Shown: positions 45,534 through 53,733 of the stretch, in pieces
How positions within the stretch are numbered: the stretch's first letter is position 1
Layout of the letters: each line of letters starts with the position of its first letter
From: Caecitellus pseudoparvulus
Taxonomy: Eukaryota; Protista; Bigyra: Bicosoecida
Length of the DNA stretch: 58,519 bases
Assembly (NCBI GenBank): GCA_965644315.1
Contig: CBFFRQ010000208.1
Location: forward strand, 1-58,519
Direction of reading: 5' to 3'
The notes under the pieces: generated by a model
Told to the model about the DNA's origin: nothing
Databases searched by the model: none
Seen by the model: only the letters and a program-made list of their open reading frames with translations
Program-made: the position numbers and the translations under genes

Positions 45534-46376
45534 ATGAGCTTAATTGACATCAATAATACTTTAGAAGTTTATATTAATAGTGCAATTGACAAAAGACCAA
45601 GTGATACATCTTTTGAATGGACAACTGAATTTAATACTACACCATTAGTTTTATCAGGTGGTGATTATATCCACCGTCTTATTGTTCAATCTGCATCCGT
45701 CCCTAATACATTTCCACAATTTAACCCAATTGATAGAGCTACATTTTCTATTGAAATAGAAAATGGAGCAACAACAGAACACACTATAAGCGAAAATTTA
45801 GTTTTTTCATCTACTGAGCAATTTGCAACATATTTACAAACAACAATAAATAATGCTGGTGGTAATGTTTCAGTATCACAAGAACAATCAACATTAAAAT
45901 TAAAAATTGTGAATAATGATACTGATTATGTTAAATTTTCAACAGTTGGTAATTATGGTAAGTTTTGGAATAAAATAGGTTTTACACAAGAACAGTATAA
46001 TGATGGTGAAGCATTAAAAATTGATCCATCCGATAATATGGAAGGTTTAAATTATCCAAATTTAATTAGTACCAGTAAAGTTTTTATTTGTATGAAAAAT
46101 GGTATTTTAAATAATTCATTCTTTGGTTCAGGATTAAACAGGCTTAAGTATCCAGTACTATTAAGTTTAAATATAGAATCAGGAACAGGTACATACTCAA
46201 GTTATGTATCAGATGATGAAATATTCTTTAATCATGATTTATTAGAAAACAATCAAATTAACCAAATGGATTTTATTTTATTAGATGATGAATATCAAGA
46301 GGTCAAATTGAAAGGTGGTTCAGTCAAATTATCTTTAATAATTAAGCAATATAGAACAGCCCAAGAACATTATTAA
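45534..46376 (+). CDS. Minor capsid (penton) protein, single jelly-roll
   Basis: N-terminal VYINSAIDKR, SASVPNTF and C-terminal INQMDFILLDDEYQEVKLKGGSVKLSLII match the PLV/virophage penton pattern; adjacent to the MCP. Confidence 0.8.
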   Translation: MSLIDINNTLEVYINSAIDKRPSDTSFEWTTEFNTTPLVLSGGDYIHRLIVQSASVPNTFPQFNPIDRATFSIEIENGATTEHTISENLVFSSTEQFATYLQTTINNAGGNVSVSQEQSTLKLKIVNNDTDYVKFSTVGNYGKFWNKIGFTQEQYNDGEALKIDPSDNMEGLNYPNLISTSKVFICMKNGILNNSFFGSGLNRLKYPVLLSLNIESGTGTYSSYVSDDEIFFNHDLLENNQINQMDFILLDDEYQEVKLKGGSVKLSLIIKQYRTAQEHY

Positions 46377-46424
46377 ATTGTACACTGTAGTTTATAAAAA
46401 TTAATTTTATACACTATATAATAT

Positions 46425-48965
46425 ATGGACGATACAAGATTATCATATTCTTTAAATTTAAATGGTTCAGGTGTTATTGAATCAGTAATAGAAGGATTGG
46501 AGAATGCAGAGAACATAACATTTAAAAATGTAACTATTCAAAATAATTTAGAAGTAGATGGTGAAGAAATCATTAATGAAGTTGAAACATTCAAAGTAAA
46601 AGATGCAATTGTTGAATTTAATAATGCTTCACCTGCTGTAAATGCTGATACTGGTTTTACTTCAAAAGAAGTTATAGGAGGAAATACAAGATACAAAGGT
46701 TTAATATTCAAAAGTGGTCAAGATGTAGGTATTGTTTATAATAATGCTTCAGCAGAGCCATTAACAACATTAGAACAACCTTATGATTTAGGCACGGTAA
46801 GAGTGCGAGATGCAAACAGCCAAAACGAACCAATTACAAAGCAACAATTTGATAATAATACGGTTAAATTATCAGGTAATCAAGATATTTCAGGGGTTAA
46901 AACATTTAATACTGATACACATTTACACAAATCAAAGTTCATTAATCCAAGCACACAAGACACAGACAGAGCAATATATTCAGATGAAAACGGCGATTTG
47001 GTATTTTTAAATGAATCATCATCAGGAAGCCACACATTTTATACTATGCAGGGAGGAACAGAAACATTAATGCTACGAATTAACGCACAAACGAATCAAA
47101 TTGACTGTTTAAAAGGGCTTTCAATGAATAATAATAGATTGGTATCTGTTGGTTCTCCTTCACTTCCTGGAGATGCAGCAACAAAACAATATGTAGATGA
47201 TAATGCACCAACTGATTATGTAAATTTAACAACAAATCAAACTGTAGGGGGTGAAAAAACTTTCACAAATACCCTGATTACTGAACAAGATATACAAACT
47301 AATAAAATGATATTAATTAGGACTGACGGCAGTGAAGCAAACTATCTTGAGTCAGAACCAACAACAAATATAATGCGTTATGTTAATGGTAGTGGAAATA
47401 ATAGACATTCATTTTTTAATAATAATTCTGGAACTGTAATAAATACATTTAATATAAATTATAATAGCGTTCAATCATTACTACCTTTTAATATGTCAAA
47501 TAATATTCTTTATGGTCTTGCTGAGCCTGTAGATGACGATGAAGCAGCAACAAAAAAATATGTAGATGATAATATACCAACTGATTATGTAAATTTAACA
47601 ACAAATCAAAATGTAGGGGGTGAAAAAACTTTCACAAATAAAATGATACTTGAGAATACATCAGCAGGAATGCAAAGCTTATTACGTTTTGAAACTGGAA
47701 GACCTTGGGAATTTAGAACTAATAATGCAGGGGCAGGAACATCTTTAGAATTGTACTCAACAGCACCAGAAAAAGGATTTAAAATAACTACACTTACAGA
47801 AACTTCAGGAGACCAAGACATAGCCCAATTTTCAGAAAGTAGCGTTTCAATATATACACAACAAAATTTAAATGATAATGACATTTTAGATATTGATGAA
47901 GCACAAGTAAAAAGATTAACATTAATCAAACCTGATGATGGGAATAAAAGCGTGGCAAATATTAGAATGGTTGGAAATTATATAAGTTATGATAGTTTAA
48001 TAAATAGCTCATTTGGAGGTCACAGATTTTACGTAAAAGACGGAGCAAACGATGTTATGGCTCTTCAAATTACAAGAAATCATATTGATACTAATTATAA
48101 ATTAAATATGGGGTATAATAAAATAGAACAACTGGCGGAACCTACAGCAAATACAGATGCAGCAACAAAAAATTATGTTGATAATGCTGTTGCTACTGCT
48201 GGTTCTTTCAATACTGATATAAATATGAATGATAATAACATTCAAAATATTAATGAAGCAGAAGCAAAAAAATTAATATTAATCCGCCCTAGTGATAACA
48301 ATAAAAACGTTTCAAGCATATATATGGAGTCAAATTATATTAGATATGATAATTTAGTTAATTCAGGAGCTGCTGGACACCGTTTTTATACTTTTAATGG
48401 TTTTACAAATGATTTGGCTTTTAGAATCGCAAATTCATTTATAGAAAGCAATTTTGAATTAAGAATGGGAAACCAAAAAATAGAAGAATTAGCAGAACCA
48501 GTAGTAGGCTCAGACGCAGCAACAAAAAATTATGTTGATAATATTGCTCGATCTTACTCTGCTACGGTTACGAGTTTAAGTATGAGTTGTACTAATTTAC
48601 CTATATATTCTTCATATAATGTTGGTGCTTTTAATTTAACAAAGACAGGACATTATATGATTGATTATACTATTAATATAAAACAAAACGAACCGACATT
48701 AACTGATAGACATTTTACGCTAATTCTAACTGCTCCCGGGTCTGTTGGTAATCTATCAGCACCTGGTGGAGCAAGAGGAATTGATTTATCAAGGACTGGT
48801 ATGAGCAATTCATCTACGGCTACTGGTAGTATTAATCTAAAATGGATTGTTGAATATACCTCAACAGGAATTAAGCAACTTACAATGGATATAGGTTCAA
48901 GAAGTGGTAGTGGAACACCATTTGAATTTTATGGAAATGCTATAATATCTAGAGTAGTAGTATAA
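46425..48965 (+). CDS. Putative virion fibre/spike protein with repeated modules
   Basis: Four (D/E)AATKxYVD neck motifs and three NQxxxGxKTF motifs, typical of trimeric fibres/adhesins; directly follows the penton. Confidence 0.75.
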   Translation: MDDTRLSYSLNLNGSGVIESVIEGLENAENITFKNVTIQNNLEVDGEEIINEVETFKVKDAIVEFNNASPAVNADTGFTSKEVIGGNTRYKGLIFKSGQDVGIVYNNASAEPLTTLEQPYDLGTVRVRDANSQNEPITKQQFDNNTVKLSGNQDISGVKTFNTDTHLHKSKFINPSTQDTDRAIYSDENGDLVFLNESSSGSHTFYTMQGGTETLMLRINAQTNQIDCLKGLSMNNNRLVSVGSPSLPGDAATKQYVDDNAPTDYVNLTTNQTVGGEKTFTNTLITEQDIQTNKMILIRTDGSEANYLESEPTTNIMRYVNGSGNNRHSFFNNNSGTVINTFNINYNSVQSLLPFNMSNNILYGLAEPVDDDEAATKKYVDDNIPTDYVNLTTNQNVGGEKTFTNKMILENTSAGMQSLLRFETGRPWEFRTNNAGAGTSLELYSTAPEKGFKITTLTETSGDQDIAQFSESSVSIYTQQNLNDNDILDIDEAQVKRLTLIKPDDGNKSVANIRMVGNYISYDSLINSSFGGHRFYVKDGANDVMALQITRNHIDTNYKLNMGYNKIEQLAEPTANTDAATKNYVDNAVATAGSFNTDINMNDNNIQNINEAEAKKLILIRPSDNNKNVSSIYMESNYIRYDNLVNSGAAGHRFYTFNGFTNDLAFRIANSFIESNFELRMGNQKIEELAEPVVGSDAATKNYVDNIARSYSATVTSLSMSCTNLPIYSSYNVGAFNLTKTGHYMIDYTINIKQNEPTLTDRHFTLILTAPGSVGNLSAPGGARGIDLSRTGMSNSSTATGSINLKWIVEYTSTGIKQLTMDIGSRSGSGTPFEFYGNAIISRVVV
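47175..47640 (+). repeat. 97-bp direct repeat pair within the fibre gene (47175-47271 and 47544-47640)
   Basis: Four mismatches over 97 bp by manual alignment. Confidence 0.9.
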
Positions 48966-49002
48966 ATTTAAATATAAAATAAAATTTGTAGTATAAGTAT
49001 AT

Positions 49003-49287
49003 ATGATTCTAGATATAATACCATCAGCAAGAAAGGATAAAAGATTTACAGCTATATTTAAAGATGGTTCAAAAACTTCATTTGGACAAAAGGAAGGTAG
49101 CACATTTATTGACCACAAGGACAAAGAGAAAAGAAAGAATTATAGAGCCAGACATGAAAGAGATTTAGAAACTAAAGACCCAAAAAGAGCAGGATACTTA
49201 TCATATTATATTTTATGGGGTGATGAGACAAACTTAAAAGATGCAATGAAAGCATATAATAAGCAATTCTTCTTTAATAAAAAATGA
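49003..49287 (+). CDS. Tlr6F-like (DUF5754-like) small conserved viral protein
   Basis: S.RK.K.F.A.F.DG..T.FG......DHKD..KR..Y.ARH......P..AG.LS..ILW pattern known from NCLDVs, PLVs and virophages; family name recalled from memory. Confidence 0.7.
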   Translation: MILDIIPSARKDKRFTAIFKDGSKTSFGQKEGSTFIDHKDKEKRKNYRARHERDLETKDPKRAGYLSYYILWGDETNLKDAMKAYNKQFFFNKK

Positions 49288-49333
49288 TTATATTTATGGA
49301 AATATAGTTTTTTTCTCTTACTATAATATATTT

Positions 49334-49897
49334 ATGGAAATGGAAAATGCATTAATTTTAGGTGCTGGTTTGGTATCAATTGGTGCTAAAACCGCTTATT
49401 CATGTTTTGGAAAATCAAAAAAGAAGAAATGGTCTAAAATTAGATTTGGTGCTATTGTTATGAGTTGCATGACTGGAAAATCTACACTGGCAAACAAACT
49501 TAAAGCAGATTCAGGTGTCTATTTAATTGATGTTGGCCAATCTGTCGCTGTTGATGGTGATACAAACGCAGATATTAATTATTTAATGAAAGCTAAGGAA
49601 TATGTAGATAAAGTAAAAAAGGATTTGAAAGATTACAAACTAATTTTGATTTGTTCCTCTATTGGTGAAGCAAAGTATCTTGGTGTTGATGAATCAAACA
49701 TTGCTGTTCTGACACCTTCAAACTCGCTTTTTAAATCAATATGTGAAGGTCGTAATACTGCAAATGTAGCAGAAATGGAACGTAAAAGAATGGAACTAAT
49801 TAGTGCTTGTAGTGAGGACGTACTAAATATTTTTGATAGTTATGATACTCTTTATTCTGTCATTCGCACCACGTTCAAATTGCGTAATAAATTCTGA
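49334..49897 (+). CDS. Atypical P-loop (kinase-like) protein with N-terminal hydrophobic segment
   Basis: FGAIVMSCMTGKSTLANKL...YLIDV; N-terminal ALILGAGLVSIGA followed by KSKKKK. Confidence 0.6.
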   Translation: MEMENALILGAGLVSIGAKTAYSCFGKSKKKKWSKIRFGAIVMSCMTGKSTLANKLKADSGVYLIDVGQSVAVDGDTNADINYLMKAKEYVDKVKKDLKDYKLILICSSIGEAKYLGVDESNIAVLTPSNSLFKSICEGRNTANVAEMERKRMELISACSEDVLNIFDSYDTLYSVIRTTFKLRNKF

Positions 49898-49924
49898 AAA
49901 GGACTTTCAAAGAACTTTTATTTA

Positions 49925-49957
49925 AAACAAAATATAAATAATTATATTTTGCTTCTT
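49925..49957. terminator. Hairpin between convergent genes (copy 1)
   Basis: Stem CAAAATATAA / TTATATTTTG with loop ATAA. Confidence 0.6.
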
Positions 49958-49971
49958 AAAAAACTATATTA

Positions 49972-50445
49972 TTATATTATCATTGTTATTTTTTTCATTT
50001 TAGTCCATTTATCAAAATCTAATTTATCTTGCCTTTCAATTCTCTTTCTTCTAGCTTCTCTATCCCTTCCTTTTCTCCTATATTTCTTTTTCAATCTTTC
50101 ATAAATATCTTTCCAATGTTCTAATGTAATTTCCTTTCTTAGTCTGTATGTGTATAGTCTGTTGTACTCTCTCCTAAAGTCTTTATCATCTTCTTCAGAT
50201 AATCGCTTAATTCTACATCTTATTAAATTACAATCACTCTTGTACTCATCTATTTTTACGCAATCATGATAGACATTAAATAAATGTTGTAAGTTCTCTT
50301 GTCTTGTTCTCAAACTCATATCAATTCTATCTTCTAATGGAGAATCTTTTACTTTATAAAGAATGTAATCAAACATATTCATACATGTTTCAAAGTCTTT
50401 TTTAAATTCTGTCATTGAATAAACAGTTTTTGAAAATTCTGTCAT
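49972..50445 (-). CDS. Viral hypothetical protein (157 aa)
   Basis: ORF with AATATATAA before the ATG; charged helical composition; duplicated MTEF at the N-terminus. Confidence 0.6.
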   Translation of the reverse strand: MTEFSKTVYSMTEFKKDFETCMNMFDYILYKVKDSPLEDRIDMSLRTRQENLQHLFNVYHDCVKIDEYKSDCNLIRCRIKRLSEEDDKDFRREYNRLYTYRLRKEITLEHWKDIYERLKKKYRRKGRDREARRKRIERQDKLDFDKWTKMKKITMII

Positions 50446-50465
50446 TTATATATTACTTATATAAT

Positions 50466-50645
50466 ATGATTTCAAGATCAAAGCAAAGGAGAAAACACAA
50501 TGGCATCTGGTATTCCATTATGACGAAAGCCATTCAAGAAAAAAGAGAAAAAATCATTGAACAGAATACAAAAGATCTCATTGAAACTTTTGGAATAAAA
50601 ATAATTATTGATGTATTGGATGATCAAAATAAAATGAAAGAATAG
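50466..50645 (+). CDS. Viral hypothetical protein (59 aa)
   Basis: ATG preceded by TTATATAAT; divergent from the 50445 gene with only 20 bp between the starts; followed by a hairpin. Confidence 0.5.
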   Translation: MISRSKQRRKHNGIWYSIMTKAIQEKREKIIEQNTKDLIETFGIKIIIDVLDDQNKMKE

Positions 50646-50651
50646 TACTTG

Positions 50652-50684
50652 AAACAAAATATAAATAATTATGTTTTGCTTCTT
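50652..50684. terminator. Hairpin between convergent genes (copy 2)
   Basis: 33-bp near-identical copy of 49925-49957; one A>G change gives a U-G pair. Confidence 0.6.
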
Positions 50685-50700
50685 GAAATAATAAATTGAG

Positions 50701-51009
50701 TTATTTTTCTGATTCACCAATAAGTTTTAATCTCTCATTAATTGCATCATTAATTTTTTCAAATCCTGATTTAGTAAACTTATAAACAAGTGATACTCCA
50801 ATATCTGGAAAATTTAGTATTACATTATAGCTTGCTGAATCTACCTCTACACAGCTCTTAAAATCATATGCATGAACGTTAGTTATAAATAAGGGAGTTG
50901 TGAATGTTAGAATTAATTCTTTATCTTCAAATCTGATAGATGTGTTCTGTCTGGGACAAGTCAATAGCTTTCCATTTAAAGTACAATATCTCGCATTAAC
51001 AATTTTCAT
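50701..51009 (-). CDS. Viral hypothetical protein (102 aa)
   Basis: Beta-rich ORF preceded by the shared AAATNACTTAAA motif. Confidence 0.6.
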   Translation of the reverse strand: MKIVNARYCTLNGKLLTCPRQNTSIRFEDKELILTFTTPLFITNVHAYDFKSCVEVDSASYNVILNFPDIGVSLVYKFTKSGFEKINDAINERLKLIGESEK

Positions 51010-51024
51010 TTTAGTTTATTCCTT

Positions 51025-51051
51025 AAAACGCATTTTATGTTTAAGTTATTT
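51025..51051 (-). promoter_or_regulatory. Shared upstream motif, copy before ORF 51009
   Basis: Minus strand AAATAACTTAAACATAAAATGCGTTTT. Confidence 0.5.
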
Positions 51052-51068
51052 TATTAATTAATTATATA

Positions 51069-52097
51069 ATGAGCAAAATAAAAGAGTTAATATCTGAATT
51101 GGGAATTGATGAGACTTTTACTAAACCACAACCTAAAGAAACTCAGTTTACAAAAGTTAAAGGGGTAATCTATCCTGAAGAAGATTATAATTTTCAAGCT
51201 GATTTATTAGAGCTACCAAAGACCAAAGAAGGATTTAAATATTTATTAGTTGTTGTTGATTTATGGACTAATGAATTTGATATTGAACCACTAAAAACTA
51301 AAAGACCAAATACTGTTTTAGGTGCATTTAAAAAGATGATTAAACGAAAACATATTAATTTACCAGAAGCAAGTATAAGAACAGATGGAGGAGGAGAGTT
51401 TAAAGGTGATTTTGCCAAATTTCTATTTGATGAATCAATTTTAAAAAAAACAGCAATGAAAGGAAGACACCAGCAAATGGCAAATGTGGAAAGATTAAAT
51501 AAAACACTTGGAAGACTATTTAATGGATACATGAACAAAAAAGAAGAAGAAACTAATAAACCTTATAGAGAATGGACAGATATTTTATCTCAGGTAAGAA
51601 CTAAATTAAACAAAATAAGAAAAGTTGAACCAAACAAATTTAAATTTGCAAAAATTAAGATGATCTCTCCAAAATTTAAAATAGGTGATCTTGTATATTA
51701 TAAGCTGACACCATCTCAGGCCGAAGATTCATTAGGAAATCCCGTTCAAGGAGGATTTAGAACAGGAGATAGAAGATTTAGTAAGAAAGCTAGAAAAATT
51801 AAACAAATACTGGCATATAAAGGAAATGTTCCAGTACGATATCAATTAAATTATTTACCAAATGTATCATTTGCAGAATCAGAACTTAAACTAGCCAGTG
51901 GTGAAGAAACATTTGAAGTCAGAGAAATAATAGATGATAGGAGAGGACAATATAAAGTATGGTGGAAAGGTTTTCCTAAGAAAAATGCAACTTGGGAAAA
52001 CAAAATAAGAATTAAAAAACAAGTTCCAGATATAGTAAAGGAATATGAAGAAAAAAGAAGAATCAATCCAAAAAGTAAATTGTTTGTGAGCTTTTAA
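51069..52097 (+). CDS. Retroviral-type (rve) DDE integrase with C-terminal chromodomain
   Basis: FQADLLEL...YLLVVVDLWT, IRTDGGGEF and ANVERLNKTL (D-D-E); KFKIGDLV; chromodomain FEVREIID...YKVWWKGFP...ATWE. Confidence 0.95.
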   Translation: MSKIKELISELGIDETFTKPQPKETQFTKVKGVIYPEEDYNFQADLLELPKTKEGFKYLLVVVDLWTNEFDIEPLKTKRPNTVLGAFKKMIKRKHINLPEASIRTDGGGEFKGDFAKFLFDESILKKTAMKGRHQQMANVERLNKTLGRLFNGYMNKKEEETNKPYREWTDILSQVRTKLNKIRKVEPNKFKFAKIKMISPKFKIGDLVYYKLTPSQAEDSLGNPVQGGFRTGDRRFSKKARKIKQILAYKGNVPVRYQLNYLPNVSFAESELKLASGEETFEVREIIDDRRGQYKVWWKGFPKKNATWENKIRIKKQVPDIVKEYEEKRRINPKSKLFVSF

Positions 52098-53301
52098 TAT
52101 CTATTGTCTTATTGTGGTACTTATGATCCTGACAAATAAACTTTGTTATTACTTCATCATGATTCTTTTTACATATGAAACCATCAATATATATCCTTAC
52201 TACATCATCAAGAATTGGAGCTATTAAATTTGACATCTTAGCTCTACAAGTGGCAGGTAGAAAATATCCCATTCTTGCAGTTGTATATAAGAATATACGC
52301 TCTCTTTTTACTGTATAATACACACGTTCACCTTTCTTGTTTACATAAGACTTACTAAGAATTGGTAAAATATTTTTTTGTTCCTCTTCGGTTTTGCTTT
52401 GAATACTTGATAGTTTTCTATAAATTGGCCGATGTTTAATTTTTTGATATCCAAACATATTATTTAACATAAACTTAATAAGAGGGTTCTTTGGTAATTT
52501 ATCATTTGCTTTCATTAGTATATCTTGATACCATCCAAAAATAATATGTGAATCTACTAATGTATCATTATCATATATTAAAGCATTTGGTTTACCATCC
52601 TGTATAATTTCCCATTTAAGATTTAGGCCGACCCAATCACGAAAAAATTTCAGTTTATTCAATGTAAAATGATCATAATAATTTTTCTTAGAAAAGCCAA
52701 TAAGAAATTTTGCTCTTGGATCCGATGAAACAACTTTAATATGATAATATCCATATTCAAACTTTTCGGGTGTCTCTGTTAATGTTTCAAATCTTCCTCT
52801 TTTTACTGGAAACTTAAAATTTCTTTTTCTACATCCATAAGTCATTGAATAAAATTTCTTTTGATCATAAGCATATACTTTACCTTTGTATGGTGTACCT
52901 GCAATTAAACCTGAATCGTATGATTGATCCATAAATTTATATTCTTCATATGTCATATGTTCATAGGATTTCAAATTCTTCTTATCTTTGCGTGTATTGC
53001 TCAGTAAAGTATTCATTAGTGAGGTATTACATCCATCCTTTTTAAAGAATCTTAGATCCAGTCCTTTAAATAACATTCTTTTAGGATTTCGTGTACTTGG
53101 TATATTGGATAAGTATTTTTCTAATTCATTCGAATATTCTTGAATCTTTTCATAATACTCTATGAGTCCGTTTTCATCTGCATCTATTCCAAAGCTCTTT
53201 AACATCTCATACCCATTTGCTTTTTTATAGCTCTTCTTTACCTTTCCTCCATCATATGAAAAATAAGTTCTTGATACTGAGTCTTTATAATATACTATCA
53301 T
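52063..53301 (-). CDS. Short, divergent family-B DNA polymerase (pPolB-related)
   Basis: Motif A VYAYDQKKFYS, motif B IKFMLNNMFG, motif C-like VVRIYIDGF; only 412 aa. Confidence 0.72.
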   Translation of the reverse strand: MIVYYKDSVSRTYFSYDGGKVKKSYKKANGYEMLKSFGIDADENGLIEYYEKIQEYSNELEKYLSNIPSTRNPKRMLFKGLDLRFFKKDGCNTSLMNTLLSNTRKDKKNLKSYEHMTYEEYKFMDQSYDSGLIAGTPYKGKVYAYDQKKFYSMTYGCRKRNFKFPVKRGRFETLTETPEKFEYGYYHIKVVSSDPRAKFLIGFSKKNYYDHFTLNKLKFFRDWVGLNLKWEIIQDGKPNALIYDNDTLVDSHIIFGWYQDILMKANDKLPKNPLIKFMLNNMFGYQKIKHRPIYRKLSSIQSKTEEEQKNILPILSKSYVNKKGERVYYTVKRERIFLYTTARMGYFLPATCRAKMSNLIAPILDDVVRIYIDGFICKKNHDEVITKFICQDHKYHNKTIDIKSSQTIYFLD

Positions 53302-53310
53302 ATATTATAA

Positions 53311-53337
53311 AATACTAATCTTATCTTTAAGTCATTT
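53311..53337 (-). promoter_or_regulatory. Shared upstream motif, copy before PolB
   Basis: Minus strand AAATGACTTAAAGATAAGATTAGTATT, then TTATAATAT-ATG. Confidence 0.6.
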
Positions 53338-53344
53338 TATTAAT

Positions 53345-53689
53345 TTATTCTTCCACTAACCATGAAATAGTTAATGATCTTACAGATTGAAACTTTGATT
53401 GTACTTTTACCTTACCATTTAGGTACTCATCTAAATTATCTAATGTTTCGGCAATAGTTGATCCATACCCTTTAATATTCATAATGCCATCTTTACGAAG
53501 TCCAAGTACAACAAGTTCATCAACATCATATTTTTTATCTATCTTTGGGACAATATGACCATATAGTTCTTTGATGGTATCAAAATTTATTTCTTCTCCA
53601 TCCTTTGCTTCAATATACATATCATGTTGAGTATGTCCTCCTACCTTCTCTTCATTTCTTCTTACAATATACTTATTCATATTTACCAT
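53345..53689 (-). CDS. Viral hypothetical protein (114 aa) between helicase and PolB
   Basis: Clean ORF with its own copy of the shared upstream motif. Confidence 0.7.
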   Translation of the reverse strand: MVNMNKYIVRRNEEKVGGHTQHDMYIEAKDGEEINFDTIKELYGHIVPKIDKKYDVDELVVLGLRKDGIMNIKGYGSTIAETLDNLDEYLNGKVKVQSKFQSVRSLTISWLVEE

Positions 53690-53704
53690 ATCTATTATAT
53701 CGTA

Positions 53705-53731
53705 AATACGTAATTTATCCTTAGGTCATTT
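53705..53731 (-). promoter_or_regulatory. Shared upstream motif, copy before ORF 53689
   Basis: Minus strand AAATGACCTAAGGATAAATTACGTATT...TATAATAGAT-ATG. Confidence 0.6.
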
Positions 53732-53733
53732 AA

